64,000 bases of DNA, taken from contig OZ059899.1 of assembly GCA_964057225.1 (NCBI GenBank), positions 19,964,001 to 20,028,000 of the forward strand. The letters run 5' to 3'. The stretch comes from Auanema rhodensis. Its lineage: Eukaryota > Animalia > Nematoda. Within the stretch, counting starts at the first letter, position 1, and each line of letters begins with the position of its first letter. A program made the translations under genes and the position numbers. Positions 41,901 to 56,100 of the stretch are shown here, piece by piece. A model generated the notes under the pieces. The model searched no databases. It saw only the letters and a list, made by a program, of their open reading frames with translations, and had not been told where the DNA came from.

Positions 41901-43878
41901 AACGCTTAATACAAAAATTAGTTATGATCGTTTGAAAAAAGATGCATTAGTGTATGTTGAGTTTCCATGTACACTCAACATTGCTTCCAAAAACATTTTT
42001 ACAAAAATTTTTCCGAAAAATTTCAAAATAATTTCGCAAAAAGTAGATGTTTTTAGATTCCTTTTTTTAAGGCAAAAACGATGGACAATGTTATTCAACG
42101 AAAAAATTAATTCTGCAGGGTGAAAATCGAGGATATAAGTGTGAATTTATATCAGTTGATATCTCGGTGCATTTTTAAGCTAGCGCAAATCTGATAACAC
42201 AGATCGACGCAGCTTAAAAATCCGCATCGAATGCACTATACTACATTGAGAAACGCTTGATACAAAAATTAGTTATGATCGTTTGAAAAAAGATGCATTA
42301 GTGTATGTTGAGTTTCCATATACACTCAACATTGCTTCCAAAAACATTTTGACAAAAATTTTTCCGAAAAATTTCAAAATAATTTCGCAAAAAGTAAATG
42401 TTTTTAGATTCCTTTCTCCAAGGCAAAGACGATGGACAATGTTATTCAACGAAAAAATTAATTCTGCAGGGTGAAAATCGAGGATATAAGTGTGAACTTA
42501 TATCAGTTGATATCTCGGTGCATTTTTAAGCTAGCGCAAATCTGATAACACAGATCGACGCAGCTTAAAAATCCGCATCGAATGCACTATACTACATTGA
42601 AAAACGCTTAATACAAAAATTAGTTATGATCGTTTGAAAAAAGATGCATTAGTGTATGTTGAGTTTCCATGTACACTCAACATTGCTTCCAAAAACATTT
42701 TTACAAAAATTTTTCCGAAAAATTTCAAAATAATTTCGCAAAAAGTAGATGTTTTTAGATTCCTTTTTTTAAGGCAAAAACGATGGACAATGTTATTCAA
42801 CGAAAAAATTAATTCTGCAGGGTGAAAATCGAGGATATAAGTGTGAATTTATATCAGTTGATATCTCGGTGCATTTTTAAGCTAGCGCAAATCTGATAAC
42901 ACAGATCGACGCAGCTTAAAAATCCGCATCGAATGCACTATACTACATTGAGAAACGCTTGATACAAAAATTAGTTATGATCGTTTGAAAAAAGATGCAT
43001 TAGTGTATGTTGAGTTTCCATGTACACTCAACATTGCTTCCAAAAACATTTTGACAAAAATTTTTCCAAAAAATTTCAAAATAATTTCGCAAAAAGTAAA
43101 TGTTTTTAGATTCCTTTCTCCAAGGCAAAGACGATGGACAATGTTATTCAACGAAAAAATTAATTCTGCAGGGTGAAAATCGAGGATATAAGTGTGAACT
43201 TATATCAGTTGATATCTCGGTGCATTTTTAAGCTAGCGCAAATCTGATAACACAGATCGACGCAGCTTAAAAATCCGCATCGAATGCACTATACTACATT
43301 GAAAAACGCTTAATACAAAAATTAGTTATGATCGTTTGAAAAAAGATGCATTAGTGTATGTTGAGTTTCCATGTACACTCAACATTGCTTCCAAAAACAT
43401 TTTGACAAAAATTTTTCCGAAAAATTTCAAAATAATTTCGCAAAAAGTAGATGTTTTTAGATTCCTTTTTTCAAGGCAAAGACGATGGACATTGTTATTC
43501 AACGAAAAAATTGATTCTGCAGGGTGAAAATCGAGGATATAAGTGTGAACTTATATCAGTTGATATCTCGGTGCATTTTTAAGCTAGCGCAAATCTAATA
43601 ACACAGATCGACGCAGCTTAAAAATCCGCATCGAATGCACTATACAACATTGAGAAACGCTTAACACAAAAATTAGTTATGATCGTTTGAAAAATGATGC
43701 ATTAGTGTATGTTGAGTTTCCATGTACACTCAACATTGGTTCCAAAAACATTTTGATAAAAATTTTTCCGAAAAATTTCGAAATAATTTCGCAAAAAGTA
43801 GATGTTTTCAGATTCCTTTTTTCAAGGCAAAGACGATGGACATTGTTATTCAACGAAAAAATTGATTCTGCAGGGTGA
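35965..43878. repeat. Degenerate 7-monomer higher-order repeat (period 2457 bp), ~3 copies
   Basis: ATTTCGACA monomers at 36316, 38773, 41230 and CCATATAC monomers at 37369, 39826, 42283, each spaced 2457 bp. Confidence 0.82.
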
Positions 43879-45792
43879 AAATCGAGGATATAAGTGTGAA
43901 CTTATATCAGTTGATATCTCGGTGCATTTTTAAGCTAACGCAAATCTAATAACACAGATCGACGCAGCTTAAAAATCCGCATCGAATGCACTATACAACA
44001 TTGAGAAACGCTTAATACAAAAATTAGTTATAATCGTTTGAAAAATGATGCATTAGTGTATGTTGAGTTTCCATGTACACTCAACATTGCTTCCAAAAAC
44101 ATTTTGACAAAAATTTTTCCGAAAAATTTCGAAATAATTTCGCAAAAAGTAGATGTTTTCAGATTCCTTTTTTCAAGGCAAAGACGATGGACATTGTTAT
44201 TCAACGAAAAAATTGATTCTGCAGGGTGAAAATCGAGGATATAAGTGTGAACTTATATCAGTTGATATCTCGGTGCATTTTTAAGCTAGCGCAAATCTGA
44301 TAACACAGATCGACGCAGCTTAAAAATCCGCATCGAATGCACTATACTACATTGAAAAACGCTTAATACAAAAATTAGTTATGATCGTTTGAAAAAAGAT
44401 GCATTAGTGTATGTTGAGTTTCCATGTACACTCAACATTGCTTCCAAAAACATTTTGACAAAAATTTTTCCGAAAAATTTCGAAATAATTTCGCAAAAAG
44501 TAGATGTTTTCAGATTCCTTTTTTCAAGGCAAAGACGATGGACATTGTTATTCAACGAAAAAATTGATTCTGCAGGGTGAAAATCGAGGATATAAGTGTG
44601 AACTTATATCAGTTGATATCTCGGTGCATTTTTAAGCTAGCGCAAATCTGATAACACAGATCGACGCAGCTTAAAAATCCGCATCGAATGCACTATACTA
44701 CATTGAAAAACGCTTAATACAAAAATTAGTTATGATCGTTTGAAAAAAGATGCATTGGTGTATGTTGAGTTTTCATGTACACTCAACATTGCTTCCAAAA
44801 ACATTTTTACAAAAATTTTTCCGAAAAATTTCAAAATAATTTCGCAAAAAGTAGATGTTTTTAGATTCCTTTTTTTAAGGCAAAAACGATGGACAATGTT
44901 ATTCAACGAAAAAATTAATTCTGCAGGGTGAAAATCGAGGATATAAGTGTGAATTTATATCAGTTGATATCTCGGTGCATTTTTAAGCTAGCGCAAATCT
45001 GATAACACAGATCGACGCAGCTTAAAAATCCGCATCGAATGCACTATACTACATTGAAAAACGCTTAATACAAAAATTAGTTATGATCGTTTGAAAATAG
45101 ATGCATTAGTGTATGTTGAGTTTCCATGTACACTCAACATTGCTTCCAAAAACATTTTGACAAAAATTTTTCCAAAAAATTTCAAAATAATTTCGCAAAA
45201 AGTAAATGTTTTTAGATTCCTTTCTCCAAGGCAAAGACGATGGACAATGTTTTTCAACGAAAAAATTAATTCTGCAGGGTGAAAATCGAGGATATAAGTG
45301 TGAACTTATATCAGTTGATATCTCGGTGCATTTTTAAGCTAGCGCAAATCTGATAACACAGATCGACGCAGCTTAAAAATCCGCATCGAATGCACTATAC
45401 TACATTGAGAAACGCTTGATACAAAAATTAGTTATGATCGTTTGAAAAAAGATGCATTAGTGTATGTTGAGTTTCCATGTACACTCAACATTGCTTCCAA
45501 AAACATTTTGACAAAAATTTTTCCAAAAAATTTCAAAATAATTTCGCAAAAAGTAAATGTTTTTAGATTCCTTTCTCCAAGGCAAAGACGATGGACAATG
45601 TTATTCAACGAAAAAATTAATTCTGCAGGGTGAAAATCGAGGATATAAGTGTGAACTTATATCAGTTGATATCTCGGTGCATTTTTAAGCTAGCGCAAAT
45701 CTGATAACACAGATCGACGCAGCTTAAAAATCCGCATCGAATGCACTATACTACATTGAAAAACGCTTAATACAAAAATTAGTTATGATCGT

Positions 45793-47898
45793 TTGAAAAA
45801 AGATGCATTAGTGTATGTTGAGTTTCCATGTACACTCAACATTGCTTCCAAAAACATTTTTACAAAAATTTTTCCGAAAAATTTCAAAATAATTTCGCAA
45901 AAAGTAGATGTTTTTAGATTCCTTTTTTCAAGGCAAAGACGATGGACATTGTTATTCAACGAAAAAATTGATTCTGCAGGGTGAAAATCGAGGATATAAG
46001 TGTGAACTTATATCAGTTGATATCTCGGTGCATTTTTAAGCTAGCGCAAATCTAATAACACAGATCGACGCAGCTTAAAAATCCGCATCGAATGCACTAT
46101 ACAACATTGAGAAACGCTTAACACAAAAATTAGTTATGATCGTTTGAAAAATGATGCATTAGTGTATGTTGAGTTTCCATGTACACTCAACATTGCTTCC
46201 AAAAACATTTTGACAAAAATTTTTCCGAAAAATTTCGAAATAATTTCGCAAAAAGTAGATGTTTTCAGATTCCTTTTTTCAAGGCAAAGACGATGGACAT
46301 TGTTATTCAACGAAAAAATTGATTCTGCAGGGTGAAAATCGAGGATATAAGTGTGAACTTATATCAGTTGATATCTCGGTGCATTTTTAAGCTAGCGCAA
46401 ATCTGATAACACAGATCGACGCAGCTTAAAAATCCGCATCGAATGCACTATACTACATTGAAAAACGCTTAATACAAAAATTAGTTATGATCGTTTGAAA
46501 AAAGATGCATTAGTGTATGTTGAGTTTCCATGTACACTCAACATTGCTTCCAAAAACATTTTTACAAAAATTTTTCCGAAAAATTTCAAAATAATTTCGC
46601 AAAAAGTAGATGTTTTTAGATTCCTTTTTTTAAGGCAAAAACGATGGACAATGTTATTCAACGAAAAAATTAATTCTGCAGGGTGAAAATCGAGGATATA
46701 AGTGTGAATTTATATCAGTTGATATCTCGGTGCATTTTTAAGCTAGCGCAAATCTGATAACACAGATCGACGCAGCTTAAAAATCCGCATCGAATGCACT
46801 ATACTACATTGAGAAACGCTTGATACAAAAATTAGTTATGATCGTTTGAAAAAAGATGCATTAGTGTATGTTGAGTTTCCATGTACACTCAACATTGCTT
46901 CCAAAAACATTTTTACAAAAATTTTTCCGAAAAATTTCAAAATAATTTCGCAAAAAGTAGATGTTTTTAGATTCCTTTTTTCAAGGCAAAGACGATGGAC
47001 ATTGTTATTCAACGAAAAAATTGATTCTGCAGGGTGAAAATCGAGGATATAAGTGTGAACTTATATCAGTTGATATCTCGGTGCATTTTTAAGCTAGCGC
47101 AAATCTAATAACACAGATCGACGCAGCTTAAAAATCCGCATCGAATGCACTATACAACATTGAGAAACGCTTAACACAAAAATTAGTTATGATCGTTTGA
47201 AAAATGATGCATTAGTGTATGTTGAGTTTCCATGTACACTCAACATTGCTTCCAAAAACATTTTGACAAAAATTTTTCCGAAAAATTTCGAAATAATTTC
47301 GCAAAAAGTAGATGTTTTCAGATTCCTTTTTTCAAGGCAAAGACGATGGACATTGTTATTCAACGAAAAAATTGATTCTGCAGGGTGAAAATCGAGGATA
47401 TAAGTGTGAACTTATATCAGTTGATATCTCGGTGCATTTTTAAGCTAGCGCAAATCTGATAACACAGATCGACGCAGCTTAAAAATCCGCATCGAATGCA
47501 CTATACTACATTGAAAAACGCTTAATACAAAAATTAGTTATGATCGTTTGAAAAAAGATGCATTAGTGTATGTTGAGTTTCCATGTACACTCAACATTGC
47601 TTCCAAAAACATTTTTACAAAAATTTTTCCGAAAAATTTCAAAATAATTTCGCAAAAAGTAGATGTTTTTAGATTCCTTTTTTTAAGGCAAAAACGATGG
47701 ACAATGTTATTCAACGAAAAAATTAATTCTGCAGGGTGAAAATCGAGGATATAAGTGTGAATTTATATCAGTTGATATCTCGGTGCATTTTTAAGCTAGC
47801 GCAAATCTGATAACACAGATCGACGCAGCTTAAAAATCCGCATCGAATGCACTATACTACATTGAGAAACGCTTGATACAAAAATTAGTTATGATCGT
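45793..47898. repeat. 3-monomer tandem duplication (period 1053 bp)
   Basis: ORF variants at 45793/46144/46495 are repeated at 46846/47197/47548. Confidence 0.8.
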
Positions 47899-50800
47899 TT
47901 GAAAAAAGATGCATTAGTGTATGTTGAGTTTCCATATACACTCAACATTGCTTCCAAAAACATTTTGACAAAAATTTTTCCGAAAAATTTCAAAATAATT
48001 TCGCAAAAAGTAAATGTTTTTAGATTCCTTTCTCCAAGGCAAAGACGATGGACAATGTTATTCAACGAAAAAATTAATTCTGCAGGGTGAAAATCGAGGA
48101 TATAAGTGTGAATTTATATCAGTTGATATCTCGGTGCATTTTTAAGCTAGCGCAAATCTGATAACACAGATCGACGCAGCTTAAAAATCCGCATCGAATG
48201 CACTATACTACATTGAGAAACGCTTGATACAAAAATTAGTTATGATCGTTTGAAAAAAGATGCATTAGTGTATGTTGAGTTTCCATGTACACTCAACATT
48301 GCTTCCAAAAACATTTTTACAAAAATTTTTCCGAAAAATTTCAAAATAATTTCGCAAAAAGTAGATGTTTTTAGATTCCTTTTTTTAAGGCAAAAACGAT
48401 GGACAATGTTATTCAACGAAAAAATTAATTCTGCAGGGTGAAAATCGAGGATATAAGTGTGAATTTATATCAGTTGATATCTCGGTGCATTTTTAAGCTA
48501 GCGCAAATCTGATAACACAGATCGACGCAGCTTAAAAATCCGCATCGAATGCACTATACTACATTGAAAAACGCTTAATACAAAAATTAGTTATGATCGT
48601 TTGAAAAAAGATGCATTAGTGTATGTTGAGTTTCCATGTACACTCAACATTGCTTCCAAAAACATTTTTACAAAAATTTTTCCGAAAAATTTCAAAATAA
48701 TTTCGCAAAAAGTAGATGTTTTTAGATTCCTTTTTTTAAGGCAGAAACGATGGACAATGTTATTCAACGAAAAAATTAATTCTGCAGGGTGAAAATCGAG
48801 GATATAAGTGTGAATTTATATCAGTTGATAACTCGGTGCATTTTTAAGCTAGCGCAAATCTGATAACACAGATCGACGCAGCTTAAAAATCCGCATCGAA
48901 TGCACTATACTACATTGAGAAACGCTTGATACAAAAATTAGTTATGATCGTTTGAAAAAAGATGCATTAGTGTATGTTGAGTTTCCATGTACACTCAACA
49001 TTGCTTCCAAAAACATTTTGACAAAAATTTTTCCAAAAAATTTCAAAATAATTTCGCAAAAAGTAAATGTTTTTAGATTCCTTTCTCCAAGGCAAAGACG
49101 ATGGACAATGTTATTCAACGAAAAAATTAATTCTGCAGGGTGAAAATCGAGGATATAAGTGTGAACTTATATCAGTTGATATCTCGGTGCATTTTTAAGC
49201 TAGCGCAAATCTGATAACACAGATCGACGCAGCTTAAAAATCCGCATCGAATGCACTATACTACATTGAAAAACGCTTAATACAAAAATTAGTTATGATC
49301 GTTTGAAAAAAGATGCATTGGTGTATGTTGAGTTTCCATGTACACTCAACATTGCTTCCAAAAACATTTTTACAAAAATTTTTCCGAAAAATTTCAAAAT
49401 AATTTCGCAAAAAGTAGATGTTTTCAGATTCCTTTTTTTAAGGCAAAAACGATGGACAATGTTATTCAACGAAAAAATTAATTCTGCAGGGTGAAAATCG
49501 AGGATATAAGTGTGAATTTATATCAGTTGATATCTCGGTGCATTTTTAAGCTAGCGCAAATCTGATAACACAGATCGACGCAGCTTAAAAATCCGCATCG
49601 AATGCACTATACTACATTGAAAAACGCTTAATACAAAAATTAGTTATGATCGTTTGAAAATAGATGCATTAGTGTATGTTGAGTTTCCATGTACACTCAA
49701 CATTGCTTCCAAAAACATTTTGACAAAAATTTTTCCGAAAAATTTCAAAATAATTTCGCAAAAAGTAGATGTTTTTAGATTCCTTTTTTCAAGGCAAAGA
49801 CGATGGACAATGTTATTCAACGAAAAAATTAATTCTGCAGGGTGAAAATCGAGGATATAAGTGTGAATTTATATCAGTTGATAACTCGGTGCATTTTTAA
49901 GCTAGCGCAAATCTGATAACACAGATCGACGCAGCTTAAAAATCCGCATCGAATGCACTATACTACATTGAGAAACGCTTGATACAAAAATTAGTTATGA
50001 TCGTTTGAAAAAAGATGCATTAGTGTATGTTGAGTTTCCATGTACACTCAACATTGCTTCCAAAAACATTTTGACAAAAATTTTTCCAAAAAATTTCAAA
50101 ATAATTTCGCAAAAAGTAAATGTTTTTAGATTCCTTTCTCCAAGGCAAAGACGATGGACAATGTTATTCAACGAAAAAATTAATTCTGCAGGGTGAAAAT
50201 CGAGGATATAAGTGTGAACTTATATCAGTTGATATCTCGGTGCATTTTTAAGCTAGCGCAAATCTGATAACACAGATCGACGCAGCTTAAAAATCCGCAT
50301 CGAATGCACTATACTACATTGAAAAACGCTTAATACAAAAATTAGTTATGATCGTTTGAAAAAAGATGCATTAGTGTATGTTGAGTTTCCATGTACACTC
50401 AACATTGCTTCCAAAAACATTTTGACAAAAATTTTTCCGAAAAATTTCAAAATAATTTCGCAAAAAGTAGATGTTTTTAGATTCCTTTTTTCAAGGCAAA
50501 GACGATGGACATTGTTATTCAACGAAAAAATTGATTCTGCAGGGTGAAAATCGAGGATATAAGTGTGAACTTATATCAGTTGATATCTCGGTGCATTTTT
50601 AAGCTAGCGCAAATCTAATAACACAGATCGACGCAGCTTAAAAATCCGCATCGAATGCACTATACAACATTGAGAAACGCTTAACACAAAAATTAGTTAT
50701 GATCGTTTGAAAAATGATGCATTAGTGTATGTTGAGTTTCCATGTACACTCAACATTGGTTCCAAAAACATTTTGATAAAAATTTTTCCGAAAAATTTCG

Positions 50801-53169
50801 AAATAATTTCGCAAAAAGTAGATGTTTTCAGATTCCTTTTTTCAAGGCAAAGACGATGGACATTGTTATTCAACGAAAAAATTGATTCTGCAGGGTGAAA
50901 ATCGAGGATATAAGTGTGAACTTATATCAGTTGATATCTCGGTGCATTTTTAAGCTAACGCAAATCTAATAACACAGATCGACGCAGCTTAAAAATCCGC
51001 ATCGAATGCACTATACAACATTGAGAAACGCTTAATACAAAAATTAGTTATAATCGTTTGAAAAATGATGCATTAGTGTATGTTGAGTTTCCATGTACAC
51101 TCAACATTGCTTCCAAAAACATTTTGACAAAAATTTTTCCGAAAAATTTCGAAATAATTTCGCAAAAAGTAGATGTTTTCAGATTCCTTTTTTCAAGGCA
51201 AAGACGATGGACATTGTTATTCAACGAAAAAATTGATTCTGCAGGGTGAAAATCGAGGATATAAGTGTGAACTTATATCAGTTGATATCTCGGTGCATTT
51301 TTAAGCTAGCGCAAATCTGATAACACAGATCGACGCAGCTTAAAAATCCGCATCGAATGCACTATACTACATTGAAAAACGCTTAATACAAAAATTAGTT
51401 ATGATCGTTTGAAAAAAGATGCATTGGTGTATGTTGAGTTTCCATGTACACTCAACATTGCTTCCAAAAACATTTTTACAAAAATTTTTCCGAAAAATTT
51501 CAAAATAATTTCGCAAAAAGTAGATGTTTTCAGATTCCTTTTTTTAAGGCAAAAACGATGGACAATGTTATTCAACGAAAAAATTAATTCTGCAGGGTGA
51601 AAATCGAGGATATAAGTGTGAATTTATATCAGTTGATATCTCGGTGCATTTTTAAGCTAGCGCAAATCTGATAACACAGATCGACGCAGCTTAAAAATCC
51701 GCATCGAATGCACTATACTACATTGAAAAACGCTTAATACAAAAATTAGTTATGATCGTTTGAAAATAGATGCATTAGTGTATGTTGAGTTTCCATGTAC
51801 ACTCAACATTGCATCCAAAAACATTTTGACAAAAATTTTTCCAAAAAATTTCAAAATAATTTCGCAAAAAGTAAATGTTTTTAGATTCCTTTCTCCAAGG
51901 CAAAGACGATGGACAATGTTATTCAACGAAAAAATTAATTCTGCAGGGTGAAAATCGAGGATATAAGTGTGAACTTATATCAGTTGATATCTCGGTGCAT
52001 TTTTAAGCTAGCGCAAATCTGATAACACAGATCGACGCAGCTTAAAAATCCGCATCGAATGCACTATACTACATTGAAAAACGCTTAATACAAAAATTAG
52101 TTATGATCGTTTGAAAATAGATGCATTAGTGTATGTTGAGTTTCCATGTACACTCAACATTGCTTCCAAAAACATTTTTACAAAAATTTTTCCGAAAAAT
52201 TTCAAAATAATTTCGCAAAAAGTAGATGTTTTCAGATTCCTTTTTTTAAGGCAAAAACGATGGACAATGTTATTCAACGAAAAAATTAATTCTGCAGGGT
52301 GAAAATCGAGGATATAAGTGTGAATTTATATCAGTTGATATCTCGGTGCATTTTTAAGCTAGCGCAAATCTGATAACACAGATCGACGCAGCTTAAAAAT
52401 CCGCATCGAATGCACTATACTACATTGAAAAACGCTTAATACAAAAATTAGTTATGATCGTTTGAAAATAGATGCATTAGTGTATGTTGAGTTTCCATGT
52501 ACACTCAACATTGCTTCCAAAAACATTTTGACAAAAATTTTTCCAAAAAATTTCAAAATAATTTCGCAAAAAGTAAATGTTTTTAGATTCCTTTCTCCAA
52601 GGCAAAGACGATGGACAATGTTATTCAACGAAAAAATTAATTCTGCAGGGTGAAAATCGAGGATATAAGTGTGAACTTATATCAGTTGATATCTCGGTGC
52701 ATTTTTAAGCTAGCGCAAATCTGATAACACAGATCGACGCAGCTTAAAAATCCGCATCGAATGCACTATACTACATTGAAAAACGCTTAATACAAAAATT
52801 AGTTATGATCGTTTGAAAAAAGATGCATTAGTGTATGTTGAGTTTCCATGTACACTCAACATTGCTTCCAAAAACATTTTGACAAAAATTTTTCCGAAAA
52901 ATTTCAAAATAATTTCGCAAAAAGTAGATGTTTTTAGATTCCTTTTTTCAAGGCAAAGACGATGGACATTGTTATTCAACGAAAAAATTGATTCTGCAGG
53001 GTGAAAATCGAGGATATAAGTGTGAACTTATATCAGTTGATATCTCGGTGCATTTTTAAGCTAGCGCAAATCTAATAACACAGATCGACGCAGCTTAAAA
53101 ATCCGCATCGAATGCACTATACAACATTGAGAAACGCTTAACACAAAAATTAGTTATGATCGTTTGAAA

Positions 53170-56100
53170 AATGATGCATTAGTGTATGTTGAGTTTCCAT
53201 GTACACTCAACATTGCTTCCAAAAACATTTTGACAAAAATTTTTCCGAAAAATTTCGAAATAATTTCGCAAAAAGTAGATGTTTTCAGATTCCTTTTTTC
53301 AAGGCAAAGACGATGGACATTGTTATTCAACGAAAAAATTGATTCTGCAGGGTGAAAATCGAGGATATAAGTGTGAACTTATATCAGTTGATATCTCGGT
53401 GCATTTTTAAGCTAACGCAAATCTAATAACACAGATCGACGCAGCTTAAAAATCCGCATCGAATGCACTATACAACATTGAGAAACGCTTAATACAAAAA
53501 TTAGTTATAATCGTTTGAAAAATGATGCATTAGTGTATGTTGAGTTTCCATGTACACTCAACATTGCTTCCAAAAACATTTTGACAAAAATTTTTCCGAA
53601 AAATTTCGAAATAATTTCGCAAAAAGTAGATGTTTTCAGATTCCTTTTTTCAAGGCAAAGACGATGGACATTGTTATTCAACGAAAAAATTGATTCTGCA
53701 GGGTGAAAATCGAGGATATAAGTGTGAACTTATATCAGTTGATATCTCGGTGCATTTTTAAGCTAGCGCAAATCTGATAACACAGATCGACGCAGCTTAA
53801 AAATCCGCATCGAATGCACTATACTACATTGAGAAACGCTTGATACAAAAATTAGTTATGATCGTTTGAAAAAAGATGCATTAGTGTATGTTGAGTTTCC
53901 ATGTACACTCAACATTGCTTCCAAAAACATTTTGACAAAAATTTTTCCAAAAAATTTCAAAATAATTTCGCAAAAAGTAAATGTTTTTAGATTCCTTTCT
54001 CCAAGGCAAAGACGATGGACAAAGTTATTCAACGAAAAAATTAATTCTGCAGGGTGAAAATCGAGGATATAAGTGTGAACTTATATCAGTTGATATCTCG
54101 GTGCATTTTTAAGCTAGCGCAAATCTGATAACACAGATCGACGCAGCTTAAAAATCCGCATCGAATGCACTATACAACATTGAGAAACGCTTAACACAAA
54201 AATTAGTTATGATCGTTTGAAAAATGATGCATTAGTGTATGTTGAGTTTCCATGTACACTCAACATTGCTTCCAAAAACATTTTTACAAAAATTTTTCCG
54301 AAAAATTTCGAAATAATTTCGCAAAAAGTAGATGTTTTTAGATTCCTTTTTTCAAGGCAAAGACGATGGACATTGTTATTCAACGAAAAAATTGATTCTG
54401 CAGGGTGAAAATCGAGGATATAAGTGTGAACTTATATCAGTTGATATCTCGGTGCATTTTTAAGCTAGCGCAAATCTGATAACACAGATCGACGCAGCTT
54501 AAAAATCCGCATCGAATGCACTATACATCATTGAGAAACGCTTAACACAAAAATTAGTTATGATTGTTTGAAAAATGATGCATTAGTGTATGTTGAGTTT
54601 CCATGTACACTCAACATTGCTTCCAAAAACATTTTTACAAAAATTTTTCCGGAAAATTTCGAAATAATTTCGCAAAAAGTAGATGTTTTCAGATTCCTTT
54701 TTTCAAGGCAAAAACGATGGACAATGTTATTCAACGAAAAAATTAATTCTGCAGGGTGAAAATCGAGGATATAAGTGTGAATTTATATCAGTTGATATCT
54801 CGGTGCATTTTTAAGCTAGCGCAAATCTGATAACACAGATCGACGCAGCTTAAAAATCCGCATCGAATGCACTATACTACATTGAAAAACGCTTAATACA
54901 AAAATTAGTTATGATCGTTTGAAAAAAGATGCATTAGTGTATGTTGAGTTTCCATGTACACTCAACATTGCTTCCAAAAACATTTTGACAAAAATTTTTC
55001 CAAAAAATTTCAAAATAATTTCGCAAAAAGTAGATGTTTTTAGATTCCTTTTTTCAAGGCAAAGACGATGGACATTGTTATTCAACGAAAAAATTGATTC
55101 TGCAGGGTGAAAATCGAGGATATAAGTGTGAACTTATATCAGTTGATATCTCGGTGCATTTTTAAGCTAGCGCAAATCTAATAACACGGCTCGACGCAGC
55201 TTAAAAATCCGCATCGAATGCACTATACAACATTGAGAAACGCTTAACACAAAAATTAGTTATGATCGTTTGAAAAATGATGCATTAGTGTATGTTGAGT
55301 TTCCATGTACACTCAACATTGCTTCCAAAAACATTTTGACAAAAATTTTTCCGTTTCGAAATAATTTCGCAAAAAGTAGATGTTTTCAGATTCCTTTTTT
55401 CAAGGCGAAGACGATGGACATTGTTATTCAACGAAAAAATTGATTCTGCAGGGTGAAAATCGAGGATATAAGTGTGAACTTATATCAGTTGATATCTCGG
55501 TGCATTTTTAAGCTAACGCAAATCTAATAACACAGATCGACGCAGCTTAAAAATCCGCATCGAATGCACTATACAACATTGAGAAACGCTTAATACAAAA
55601 ATTAGTTATAATCGTTTGAATAATGATGCATTAGTGTATGTTGAGTTTCCATGTACACTCAACATTGCTTCCAAAAACATTTTGACAAAAATTTTTCCGA
55701 AAAATTTCGAAATAATTTCGCAAAAAGTAGATGTTTTCAGATTCCTTTTTTCAAGGCAAAGACGATGGACATTGTTATTCAACGAAAAAATTGATTCTGC
55801 AGGGTGAAAATCGAGGATATAAGTGTGAACTTATATCAGTTGATATCTCGGTGCATTTTTAAGCTAACGCAAATCTAATAACACAGATCGACGCAGCTTA
55901 AAAATCCGCATCGAATGCACTATACAACATTGAGAAACGCTTAATACAAAAATTAGTTATAATCGTTTGAAAAATGATGCATTAGTGTATGTTGAGTTTC
56001 CATGTACACTCAACATTGCTTCCAAAAACATTTTGACAAAAATTTTTCCGAAAAATTTCGAAATAATTTCGCAAAAAGTAGATGTTTTCAGATTCCTTTT

